From: Gemmatimonadales bacterium
Lineage (GTDB): Bacteria > Gemmatimonadota > Gemmatimonadetes > Gemmatimonadales > GWC2-71-9
NCBI GenBank assembly: GCA_041577295.1
Contig: JBFGJG010000061.1
Location: 1-21,509, forward strand
DNA length: 21,509 nt
Direction of reading: 5' to 3'
Shown: one piece after another, positions 1 to 8,417 of the stretch
How the letters are laid out: the number at the start of each line of letters is the position of its first letter
Position numbering within the stretch: position 1 is the first letter of the stretch
The notes under the pieces: generated by a model
Seen by the model: only the letters and a program-made list of their open reading frames with translations
The model's database searches: none
Told to the model about the DNA's origin: nothing
Made by a program: the position numbers and the translations under genes

Positions 1-717
1 GCGATTGGCGAAGTAGGCCGGAAACTCGGTGTAGTCCATGGAGACCGAGCGCTGCTCGTACAGCTCGTCACGCGTGACTTGCAAGGTGACGTCGAGGATC
101 ACGCCATAGAGTCCGTAGCCGCCGATCACGAGGGAGAAGAGCTCGGCGTTCTCCTCGCGGCTGACTTCCACGATGCGACCATCTGCCAGGAGCAGGCCAA
201 ATCGCTCCACCACTTCCACGACTTGGGTGATGTCGATGTCCCGCCCGTGCGCGTTGGCACTGAGCGTGCCACCCACGGTGAAGATGTTCGAGGACTGCAT
301 CACCTTGATCGCGAGGCCATGGCGTGCGATAGCGCGCTGAACTTCCGCCCACGTTGCCCCGCTCTCCACGGTGATTGTGAGGGCCGTCGTGTCGATGGCG
401 TGGATCCGGTTGAAGCGCCGCATGTTGAGCACGACACCGCCGGCGGTGTAGGTATGCCCTCCCTGGCTATGCCGGCTGCCGGCGATCGACACCTCCAGCC
501 CACGGGCACCCGCATCCCGCACGATCTCTTGGAGCTGCTCGACGTCGCTTGCCTCGCTGATCCGCGCCACCCGCTCGGGCTCGATCCGCGCAACGTCCGC
601 GGCCAGGAGCGGATCGTCCCTCCGGATGACTTCGCTATAGGGGATGACAAAGGTGCTGACATAGATCGCCAAGATCAGGAAGGCTGCGGCAGCAAGCAAA
701 ACAAAGCGCTTGAGCAT
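1..717 (-). CDS. FAD-binding oxidoreductase (VAO/FAD_binding_4 family) with N-terminal membrane anchor or signal; 3' end outside the window
   Basis: Manual translation from ATG 717 (GAGG upstream), open to the window edge: MLKRFVLLAAAAFLILAIYVSTF...VSIAGSRHSQGGH...TITVESGATW...MQSSNIFTVGGTLSANAHG...LFSLVIGGYGLYGVILDVTL. These are typical FAD_binding_4 motifs. Absent from the ORF track because there is no stop in the window; + ORF 79..741 is its antisense shadow. Confidence 0.9.
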   Translation of the reverse strand, partial: MLKRFVLLAAAAFLILAIYVSTFVIPYSEVIRRDDPLLAADVARIEPERVARISEASDVEQLQEIVRDAGARGLEVSIAGSRHSQGGHTYTAGGVVLNMRRFNRIHAIDTTALTITVESGATWAEVQRAIARHGLAIKVMQSSNIFTVGGTLSANAHGRDIDITQVVEVVERFGLLLADGRIVEVSREENAELFSLVIGGYGLYGVILDVTLQVTRDELYEQRSVSMDYTEFPAYFANR

Positions 718-789
718 GGAGATCGAGCGACCTCAACGTGACAGTTCCCGCGACCTGGTGGCCGGGGGTGTGGCGCGCCTAGGCGGGGA

Positions 790-795
790 ATTATA
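790..795 (-). promoter_or_regulatory. Possible sigma70 -10 box for the oxidoreductase
   Basis: Perfect TATAAT on the minus strand ~72 nt upstream of ATG 717; no convincing -35. Confidence 0.4.
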
Positions 796-832
796 CAAGA
801 GGCAGGGCTCGAAAGGGGGGTAGTAGCCGTCG

Positions 833-869
833 CGGCGCGATCGGTCGATGCTCAAAACCGATCGCGCCG
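833..869. terminator. GC-rich hairpin, probable terminator or mRNA-stabilising stem after the PD40 gene
   Basis: 13-bp perfect inverted repeat CGGCGCGATCGGT / ACCGATCGCGCCG with 11-nt loop, ~55 nt downstream of the stop at 923; no clear U-tract on the minus strand. Confidence 0.5.
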
Positions 870-922
870 ACTTTCTTGTGGGGGTCTTGTGTAGCGCAGT
901 ACTCCACGTGGGCGGTTCTTAC

Positions 923-1948
923 CTAGTTGTCGTCTGGCTCCTTGTCATCGTCTCCCGCCCGCAGCTTGTCACGCGTGATGAACCAGATGTCAAAGAACGG
1001 CCCACCCACATTTCCTGGCCGGTTTGCGGAGTGGAAGTACAGGGCCGTGCCGTCGAGCGACAGGTCTACCCCAGCATCACTACCCGGGCCGTTGATCGCT
1101 GGGCCGAGATTCACCGGGTCGGGCCACGGGTCGGACCTCCTCGCGCGGGTCGATACCCAAATGTCGAGTCCGGCCGATGGACTCCGATTCGACGCGAGAT
1201 AGAACTCCAGGCCGTCCCGTCGAGGGCTGGGAGCCTGGTCGTTCGCCTCGCTGCTCAACTCCGTGATGAGTTGTGGCGGTCCGAAGGTTCCGTCCGGTTG
1301 CTTCGTGCTGGCGTAGATGTCGCTACTGCCTAGCCCAGGACGGCTCGATGAAAAGTAGAGGACGACAGAACCCGTTTCGGGGTCAACAAAGGGCTGCGGG
1401 GCGCCCTCATTGTCCGTGGAGTTGACCACGGACCCGAGATTCACGGCTGGTCTCCAGCCAAGATCATCGTGCTTGTCTCGCCGTCGGGCGAAGTAGATGT
1501 CGGTACCACCAAAACCCTCCGGGCGATCGCTGGTGAAGTACATCTTGTGGCCGTCCACGGAGAGACTCGCACCGGCATCATTATATGCGGTGTTGATGTT
1601 GGGCCCCAGGTTCTGTGGAACGCCCCAGGGATCGTTCACCGTCGCACGATGGGCGACCCAGATGTCGGCGCCGCCGAGGCCACCCGGGCACTCGGCGCAA
1701 TTGAAGTAGAGCGTCAGCCCATCGTCCGAGATGGCCGGTTGCTGTTCGACGAGTGCGGTGTTGACCGGGGGGCCGACGTTGACGGGAGCGCCCCAGTCGG
1801 AAAACCGTGGTGGCCCGTCATTCTCCTCGTCATCATAGAGCGCCTCGAGCAATGGTGGTGCGGTGGGAAGTTCGTTCGCGTCCTGGGCGCACGCGCCGAG
1901 GATGCACACAAACGCGGGCAACACGAGCTGGCGGGGAAGCGTCCGCAT
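923..1948 (-). CDS. Lipoprotein with PD40/WD40-like (TolB-like) beta-propeller repeats
   Basis: Start moved from 2047 to ATG 1948 because of a perfect SD (AAGGAGGT). Signal peptide with lipobox ILGAC. Repeated units such as SDDGLTLYF...GGADIWVA...WGVPQNLGPNINT, typical of PD40 repeats. Confidence 0.85.
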   Translation of the reverse strand: MRTLPRQLVLPAFVCILGACAQDANELPTAPPLLEALYDDEENDGPPRFSDWGAPVNVGPPVNTALVEQQPAISDDGLTLYFNCAECPGGLGGADIWVAHRATVNDPWGVPQNLGPNINTAYNDAGASLSVDGHKMYFTSDRPEGFGGTDIYFARRRDKHDDLGWRPAVNLGSVVNSTDNEGAPQPFVDPETGSVVLYFSSSRPGLGSSDIYASTKQPDGTFGPPQLITELSSEANDQAPSPRRDGLEFYLASNRSPSAGLDIWVSTRARRSDPWPDPVNLGPAINGPGSDAGVDLSLDGTALYFHSANRPGNVGGPFFDIWFITRDKLRAGDDDKEPDDN

Positions 1949-2026
1949 GCGACCTCCTTGCAACGGTGGAACGGACCCGGGCACAGCGGCCACTTGTGGG
2001 CGACAGCCGCCCCGGTAGGTTTTACG

Positions 2027-2070
2027 AGGGTAGGTCACGATGCTCACTGCCCACTCACGGCGGACTCACG
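2027..2070 (-). promoter_or_regulatory. Putative SARP operator: three GTGAGnn heptamers at 11-bp period, then 8 nt, then a TACCCT -10-like box
   Basis: CTCAC on the + strand at 2043, 2054 and 2065; on the minus strand the last heptamer ends at 2041 and TACCCT occupies 2032-2027; adjacent to a SARP gene. Confidence 0.6.
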
Positions 2071-2110
2071 GCCGCGGTGATGCTGTCGTCGCCTCCTTCA
2101 GGACGCGGCT

Positions 2111-4663
2111 ATGTTCGAGCTTCGGGTTCTTGGCTCGCTGCAGCTAACCGCGCCGGACCGACGTGATGTCGAGGGCCTGGCGCATCAGGCGAAACGCGCC
2201 GCCCTGCTCGCCTACCTCGCGGTCGCCACCCCCCGTGGCACCCACCGCCGTGACAAGATTCTCCCGTTGTTTTGGCCCGAGTTGGATCAGACGCGCGCAC
2301 GTGCCGCCCTGAACCAAGCGGTGTACGTGCTACGAGCGATGTTGGGTGAGCACGCGATCATCCCGCGAGGGGATGGTGCCCTCGGTCTCACGGATCTGGT
2401 GTGGTGCGACGCGGCGGCGTTCGAGGAAGCGCTCGACGCGGGCCGTCCCGCCGAAGCGATGGCGCTCTATCGCGGTGACCTGCTCGATGGGTTTTTCATT
2501 TCGGATGCTCCGCAGTTCGAACGCTGGCTGGAAGCCGAGCGCGAGCGGCTGAAGCGGCGGGCCGCGCAAGGAGCGTGGGCATTGGCCGAGGCGAAAGCGA
2601 CTGAGGGAGACGTCTTCGAGGCGGCGAGTTGGGCCAAACGCGCGGCCGATCACGTTCCCGCGGACGAGGCGGTGATCCGCCGCCTGATGACGTTTCTGCA
2701 CGGCTTGGGCGACCGGGCCGCGGCGATCCGAGCCTACGAAACGTTCGTATCGCGGCTCGCGCAAGAGTACGAGCTCGAACCTTCAGCCGAGACCCAAGAG
2801 CTGGTGGCGGCCATTCGGAAGGAACGAGCGACCGTGTCGACGCCTCGCGTGGTCCAACCACCAGCGGCACCGCCTCCGGAACCTGTCGCCACAACGAAAC
2901 CGCGGCTGCGTCTCGGCGTTGTGGTGGCTTTGGTGGTCGCGGCGACTGCCGGGCTAACGGTGGGAATCTGGAACCGACTTCGCGACGGCGAGTCGGCGCG
3001 CAGTCCGGTCGTTCGGTTCGCGTTGGAGTTTGCGCCCGATCAACGCGTGGCGCAGGGCGTGGGCGGATCCACTATCGCGCTCTCGCCCGATGGATCGCAT
3101 CTCGCCTACCTCGTCGAGGGACCCCAGGGCACCCAGCTTTTTCTCCGACCGATCGACCGGCTAAAAGCCCTCCCGATCCCGCACACAAATGGTGCGCGAC
3201 TGCCGTTCTTCTCGCCTGACGGCCAGTGGCTTGGCTTCATATCGGGGAATACGATCCGCAAGGTGTCACTTCACGGTGGCGCGGCGATTACGATCTGCGA
3301 GATAACGACGAGCGTGCCCGGTGCGAGCTGGGGGCCAAACGACGTGATCGTCTTCGCAACCGGGAGGGCGATCTGGCGTGTACCGGCGAGCGGTGGCGAG
3401 CCGCAAATCGTCGTCCGCGCAGACACTGCGCGTGGCGAGCTGTATCACTGGCCAGAGGTTCTCCCGAACGGTCGTGCCGCGGTGTTCACTGCGGTGGACG
3501 AAACGGGGTTCCGACTCGCCGCGGTGTCGCTCGATAACGGGTCCGTACTTCCACTCGGTGTGAGCGGAACGAGCCCCCGCTTCGTCGCACCTGACAATCT
3601 CCTGTTTGCTCAACTCGACGGCGTGATTCTGGTGGCTCCTTTCGATCAACATCGGCTGCGGCTCACCGGTCCCGCGCTGCCGGTTGCGGAGAACGTTTAC
3701 GTCGGCATTTCCGGTGCGTCCAAGCTCGGCGTGTCCCGCGTAGGCACGATGGCATACGCTCCCGTGCCGTTCGCCGATCGCACGCTCGTGACGGTGAGCC
3801 GCTCTGGCGCGGCGGAACGGGTCCCGGTGAGGCCGGCCGGGTTTGTAACGACGCGGTTCTCACCGGACGGCCGCTTCATCGCAACCAATATCCTTCCGAA
3901 CGACGGTGAACAGCCGGATCTCTGGGTCGTGGACTTGTCCACGAATACCCTTCTACGCCTCACGTTCGACAACGGAAGTGTGAGCCCGGTGTGGAGCTCG
4001 GACGGCAGGCGGATCGCATTCTCTACCAAGCCAGGCGCTCAACGGTTCGGATGGACGGTAATGTCAATTCCGGCCGATGGAAGCGATTCGGCGAAAACGA
4101 TCCTAACGGCTGCATGGGGCCAGTTCCCGCAGGCGTTTACGCCGGGGGGACGAGGGCTCGTGTTGGTGCGCCGACATCCCGCGACCGGCCGGGATATCTG
4201 GACGCTGGAACTCGAAGATAGCAACCCGAAGCCGTTTCTAGCCGGTCCAGCCGATGAGCACTCCCCCGCGTTGTCCCCCGACGGACGCTGGTTGGCCTAC
4301 GTGTCGGATGAGACAGGGCAAAACGAGGTCTACGTGCGGGCGTTTCCATCGGGCAGCGGCCCGACGCAAGTCTCGTTGGATGGAGGGGTGGATCCGCGGT
4401 GGGGCCCAGCTAGTCGAGAAGTATTCTACCGTAACGAGCAGGGCTTGACCGCTGCGACGATCGCACTATCCCCGTCGCTTCGCGTTTTGAGCCGGGAGGT
4501 TTTATTCGACGACGAGCCCTACCTTTTCTACGACGTCCACCCGGATGGTGGTCGGTTTCTCATGGTACAGCATGGCTCGCAGAGCCCACACGTCGTGGTG
4601 GTGCTGAACTGGTTGAGCGAGCTCCCCGCGGCTACCGAAGTTAGAACACGTATCTCCCACTGA
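2111..4663 (+). CDS. Membrane-anchored SARP-family (wHTH + BTAD) regulator with C-terminal TolB-like/PD40 beta-propeller region
   Basis: N-terminal LRVLG...KRAALLAYLAV...RRDKILPLFWPE...ALYRGDLLDGF...FERWLEAERERL...LEPSAET (AfsR/SARP-BTAD), Pro-rich linker, one TM helix (LGVVVALVVAATAGLTVGIW), then many SPDG repeats. Confidence 0.9.
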   Translation: MFELRVLGSLQLTAPDRRDVEGLAHQAKRAALLAYLAVATPRGTHRRDKILPLFWPELDQTRARAALNQAVYVLRAMLGEHAIIPRGDGALGLTDLVWCDAAAFEEALDAGRPAEAMALYRGDLLDGFFISDAPQFERWLEAERERLKRRAAQGAWALAEAKATEGDVFEAASWAKRAADHVPADEAVIRRLMTFLHGLGDRAAAIRAYETFVSRLAQEYELEPSAETQELVAAIRKERATVSTPRVVQPPAAPPPEPVATTKPRLRLGVVVALVVAATAGLTVGIWNRLRDGESARSPVVRFALEFAPDQRVAQGVGGSTIALSPDGSHLAYLVEGPQGTQLFLRPIDRLKALPIPHTNGARLPFFSPDGQWLGFISGNTIRKVSLHGGAAITICEITTSVPGASWGPNDVIVFATGRAIWRVPASGGEPQIVVRADTARGELYHWPEVLPNGRAAVFTAVDETGFRLAAVSLDNGSVLPLGVSGTSPRFVAPDNLLFAQLDGVILVAPFDQHRLRLTGPALPVAENVYVGISGASKLGVSRVGTMAYAPVPFADRTLVTVSRSGAAERVPVRPAGFVTTRFSPDGRFIATNILPNDGEQPDLWVVDLSTNTLLRLTFDNGSVSPVWSSDGRRIAFSTKPGAQRFGWTVMSIPADGSDSAKTILTAAWGQFPQAFTPGGRGLVLVRRHPATGRDIWTLELEDSNPKPFLAGPADEHSPALSPDGRWLAYVSDETGQNEVYVRAFPSGSGPTQVSLDGGVDPRWGPASREVFYRNEQGLTAATIALSPSLRVLSREVLFDDEPYLFYDVHPDGGRFLMVQHGSQSPHVVVVLNWLSELPAATEVRTRISH

Positions 4664-7600
4664 CCTCGAGCTGCCAGCGCGATTCAGGAACCTGGATTTC
4701 ATTCCGACCGACAGGAGCCAGTTCGTAAATTCCTCTTCCCGCCTCCGCGTCGTACCCTGTCAGACGGAGAGCTGTCACCCACGGGCCCGCGGAGGTCAAA
4801 CGAGACCGTCCCCACTCGGCGTGGATGAGATTCAGCACGTTATACGCATACACGGTGAGCTCGAGGGATTGGCCCTTGAGAGTGGGGAACGCTTTTGTCA
4901 CGCTCGCATTGACCGTGCCGAACCAGGGATTGCGGCAGCTGTTACGTGCCATGATGCGACCCCGTTGCTCACGTAGGCACGTTTCCTCTTGGATGAAACG
5001 CTCGAAGCGGGCGTACACGGAGTCGTGGGCCGCGATCCACCCGAGGATATTGTCGAATTGGACCAGGCTGATGTCGCCACCAGGAGCGACGTTCTTCGGT
5101 ACATAGATGATGTCGTTCCGTATCGCACCGCGACCAATACCGTCCGCGTTTGCGTCCCCGCCAATCACGTACGTAAACGGTGTCCCGGAGGCGCCAGCGA
5201 AGAGTAGTGACAGCCGGACCTTATAGGGTAATCTCATCGACGCGTTGACGAGCACGCGGTGCGGCGTCTCGAAGAACGAGGTTGTCAGACGGCGGCGTTC
5301 GTGCGTTCCGTCGAGAGGCGTGCCGGTGAGGTTGGGTCGTGCGGCGAACGCAAGGATCGACATGTGATCGCGGGCACGGGTATGCGCGTACAGCGCGCTC
5401 AGCGCTCCCCCGCTCGGCAGTCGCTTCCGCAGCTGCGTCGTTAGCGACCACGCCAGGTCCCTCCCCCCGTTGGACACACGAACGATTTGTCCGAGGGAAG
5501 GATTAACACGGTTTGGTCGTGCGATGCCACGCGAGTCGATGGTGCCGTAAAGCGGTCGATCGGCTTCGCCTCGAGCGACGCCGCTCGGCGGCGACAGATT
5601 GACATCCTGCACATACAGTTGGTGAATGGCCCGAGTGTGGAGCAGGTCGATCGTGCCGATGACTCCGCCCAGCAGCTCGTGATCGACGCCCAGCGCGATC
5701 TTCAGGTTTTGGGGGAGCTTCAGGTTCTCGTCCACGAAGCTGACCCGCGCTGTGGGTCCGTTCCCGCATGTCGTCGGCTGATTGATCGGATCGAATGGCG
5801 GCACTTGGGCCCCGTCGCAAATCAGGAACAACATACGCGTGCCGTCGTCGCGATAATGGTTACCGAGCCAGCGGTACGGCATCCGTCCGCCGAACAGGCC
5901 AATACCTCCGCGGATGAACGTGCGCCCGTGGCCGCCGGCCTCGTAGTTGAACCCGAATCGCGGCGACCAGAGCACGCTTGGACTTGGCAGTTGGCTGGTG
6001 TCGAAGCCAAGTGCGTCGTTGAGGGCGACGTTAGTGGGAACGGCATCGGGTAGGACCAAGGCGTCCAGCCGTATCCCCGCGGTCACCATCAGGTTGGACG
6101 TAGGATTCCAACGATCTTGCATGTGCAGAGCAATCTGCCGTGCGCCGAAGCCGACACCCTGCCTTGGTGACGGTCCCGGAATCGTGCGCTCGTGGTGGAA
6201 CGCCGTCCCCTCCTCGAGGGAGTCGAGGTTCTGAAAGCTCCACCACCCCGCGGAGAGCCCCTCCGTCCCGTCTTCGAATTGCAGCACCTCGCCCTGCCAA
6301 CCGACGCTCACCATGTGGCTGCCGATGGCGACCGTCGTGTTCCACGATAGCTGCACCACATCTTGAGACGCTGAGGTCCCGGGGCACCCAAGCGGTGGGC
6401 CAACCATGAGACTCCCTTGATCGACCTGCACGTCGATCCTGGGATAGCTGGCGGTCGGCAGACATTCGTCGTGCGAACCGAGGTAGCTCAGGATCAGCTG
6501 GTTGGCAAAGCGGCCCGATAACAGGTGATTCCAGATGATCCGAGACGCGTGGATGGACGACGGCCTTTGGACCGCGGCTGAGGACAGTTCGTAGAAGCCG
6601 ATTCGTCGTTCGAGCAGTGTCCGCCGATCGCCGTCTGCATAGTGATGAGACAGCTGCAAGTGGTTGTTAGTGCCCAGCTGCAGTGTGACCTTGCCAAATA
6701 CGTCCTTCGCGGGCGCGCGCTCGTCGCTTGGCCCGAGCGAACCCGGATCGAGGCGGTAACGGGTACGCAGGATTTGCTGGAAACGGACAGCGTTGGCGTG
6801 GCTGATCCTAACGCGGGCGATCTCCAACGAGTCCACCGTATCGATGAGCAATGGCCCCGGGTCGGGAACGATCCGCCGCTGCAGGTCGATACTAATGAAA
6901 TAGTGTGCCCGATCCCGTACGATCGGGCCACCGATCCAGCCTCCGTACTGCCACGTTGTAAAGTCTGGTCGAGATTCACTCATACCCTTCCCACCGAGCA
7001 TGCCATTCGCGAGGAATCCGACCACCGAGCCGTGAACTGTGTTAGTGCCGGACCTCGTGACGGCGTTCACGAGCCCGCCAGCGAACCCGCCGTGGCGAAC
7101 GTCGAACGGCGCGGCGAGCACCTGGACATCCTCTATCGCCTCGAGCGAGATGGGCCGCGGAAGTGTCTCGCGCCCCGGCAAACGACCCTGATAGACATCG
7201 TGGTGTACGCCACCATCGATTTGGAAGTTGTTATACAGGCGATTCTGACCACCCACCGAGATGCCGCCGGACGGGTTCCCACCTGAGGAAGCTGAAAAAC
7301 TCACGTGTGGGCTGAGGAGCGTGAGCGTGAGGAAGTCGCGCTTGGGATTCGGCAGTGCAGCAATGGTCTCACGCGAGACGCGTTCCGCGGGTCCACTACG
7401 TCCGGGGTCCAGAGCGGGATGGACGTCACCTGTCACGATCACCGCCGGCAACTCGACGGCGGCTGGCTCGAGCGTGAAGTCGGCAACTACCCGTTGACCC
7501 AACCCGACCAGGACTCCCGACTTCGTGGCGGGGGCAAACCCCACGGCGCGCGCCTCGACGATGTAGGGGCCGCCAACGGCAAGCGCTTCGACGAGATAGC

Positions 7601-7790
7601 GTCCGGTGTGCGACGTGACGACTTCCCAACGTTGTCCGTTCGATGTGTTTCGAATGTGCACCCTCGCGCCAGAAATTGTCGACCCATCGTTCGCGCGCAC
7701 GGTGCCCCCGATGGTGCCCGTCGTCACGCCTTGCGCGCCTACCGATGCGGGCAGGGCGGCGAGGGTGAGGAGAATGAGAACCGTACGCAT
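4641..7790 (-). CDS. TonB-dependent receptor (Oar-like) with carboxypeptidase-regulatory-like N-terminal domain
   Basis: Signal peptide; GTIGGTV...GPYIVEARAVGF domain; plug motifs NNFQIDG and PFDVRHGGFAGGLVNAVTRSGTN; barrel motifs QDRW and SPRFGFNY; C-terminal aromatic GRYVF. Overlaps the convergent SARP gene by 23 bp. Confidence 0.92.
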   Translation of the reverse strand: MRTVLILLTLAALPASVGAQGVTTGTIGGTVRANDGSTISGARVHIRNTSNGQRWEVVTSHTGRYLVEALAVGGPYIVEARAVGFAPATKSGVLVGLGQRVVADFTLEPAAVELPAVIVTGDVHPALDPGRSGPAERVSRETIAALPNPKRDFLTLTLLSPHVSFSASSGGNPSGGISVGGQNRLYNNFQIDGGVHHDVYQGRLPGRETLPRPISLEAIEDVQVLAAPFDVRHGGFAGGLVNAVTRSGTNTVHGSVVGFLANGMLGGKGMSESRPDFTTWQYGGWIGGPIVRDRAHYFISIDLQRRIVPDPGPLLIDTVDSLEIARVRISHANAVRFQQILRTRYRLDPGSLGPSDERAPAKDVFGKVTLQLGTNNHLQLSHHYADGDRRTLLERRIGFYELSSAAVQRPSSIHASRIIWNHLLSGRFANQLILSYLGSHDECLPTASYPRIDVQVDQGSLMVGPPLGCPGTSASQDVVQLSWNTTVAIGSHMVSVGWQGEVLQFEDGTEGLSAGWWSFQNLDSLEEGTAFHHERTIPGPSPRQGVGFGARQIALHMQDRWNPTSNLMVTAGIRLDALVLPDAVPTNVALNDALGFDTSQLPSPSVLWSPRFGFNYEAGGHGRTFIRGGIGLFGGRMPYRWLGNHYRDDGTRMLFLICDGAQVPPFDPINQPTTCGNGPTARVSFVDENLKLPQNLKIALGVDHELLGGVIGTIDLLHTRAIHQLYVQDVNLSPPSGVARGEADRPLYGTIDSRGIARPNRVNPSLGQIVRVSNGGRDLAWSLTTQLRKRLPSGGALSALYAHTRARDHMSILAFAARPNLTGTPLDGTHERRRLTTSFFETPHRVLVNASMRLPYKVRLSLLFAGASGTPFTYVIGGDANADGIGRGAIRNDIIYVPKNVAPGGDISLVQFDNILGWIAAHDSVYARFERFIQEETCLREQRGRIMARNSCRNPWFGTVNASVTKAFPTLKGQSLELTVYAYNVLNLIHAEWGRSRLTSAGPWVTALRLTGYDAEAGRGIYELAPVGRNEIQVPESRWQLEVSGRYVF

Positions 7791-7825
7791 GATCGTTACC
7801 GCCGTGAAGGTGGCAGCTGATCGAA

Positions 7826-8113
7826 CTACTGCAGTAAGACGATCACGTCACCCCCTCCCGAGCTGCGACGGATCATCGCGAGGGTGGAACGCGGCAGGTA
7901 CAACGCCTGGTTGTGCGCCGCGCGCTCGTGCACCTCGTCGGACTCGGGCCAAAAGAGAGCGAGCAGCTTGTCACGGCAGTGGGCGCCACGGGGAACGGCA
8001 ACGGCGAGGTAGGCGAGGAGGGCAGCACGCTTTGATTGGGGGACGAGGGAGACGATATCCCGTCCGCCTAAGGCGCTGAGCGCGCGTTGCCCGAGCACCT
8101 GGAGTTCGATCAC
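7826..8113 (-). pseudogene. Truncated SARP wHTH paralog (N-terminal stub, no BTAD)
   Basis: From GTG 8113 (GAGG/AGGA upstream), 47/78 residues identical to the N-terminus of 2111..4663 by manual alignment, with disruptive changes (R>C, A>E, L>H, L>P). Similarity is lost after about residue 78 and the frame stops at 95 aa. Confidence 0.75.
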
Positions 8114-8125
8114 GTCCTGCCTCTT

Positions 8126-8197
8126 GTGAGACGACCCTCTCACAGGCCTGTGAGAGACCCGTTCCGCGGCCGTGAGAGTCCCAACCCTTCGTGAGAA
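8126..8197. repeat. GTGAGA direct repeats plus a perfect 20-bp palindrome upstream of the SARP stub
   Basis: GTGAGA at 8126, 8150, 8172 and 8191; palindrome CTCTCACAGGCCTGTGAGAG at 8137-8156; a further TCTCACGGTGAGA at 8299-8311. Confidence 0.7.
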
Positions 8198-8417
8198 AAG
8201 TTACGGGCGCCAGGACCGGGCGACAAGGAAGCGCCCGGTCTTGTGGTCGCCCACTCAAACCTCAGGTGGCCATGCGAACCCAGCACCCGCCAGGCTGGTC
8301 TCACGGTGAGAGCAACTAGGCTCCCGCCGTACGGGGAGATCGGTGCATAACCGGCCATTCTCTTGCGGTCCGCCGTCCTACACGTCAAATCTGGGATCGA
8401 CGTTTCAGGATTCCCCC

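Noticed and set aside
79..741. 220-aa plus-strand ORF
   Set aside because: Antisense shadow of the minus-strand FAD oxidoreductase, which carries the recognisable motifs.
2043..8200. GTGAG repeats as CRISPR array or iterons
   Set aside because: Units are 5-7 bp, with no spacer structure and no cas or rep genes.
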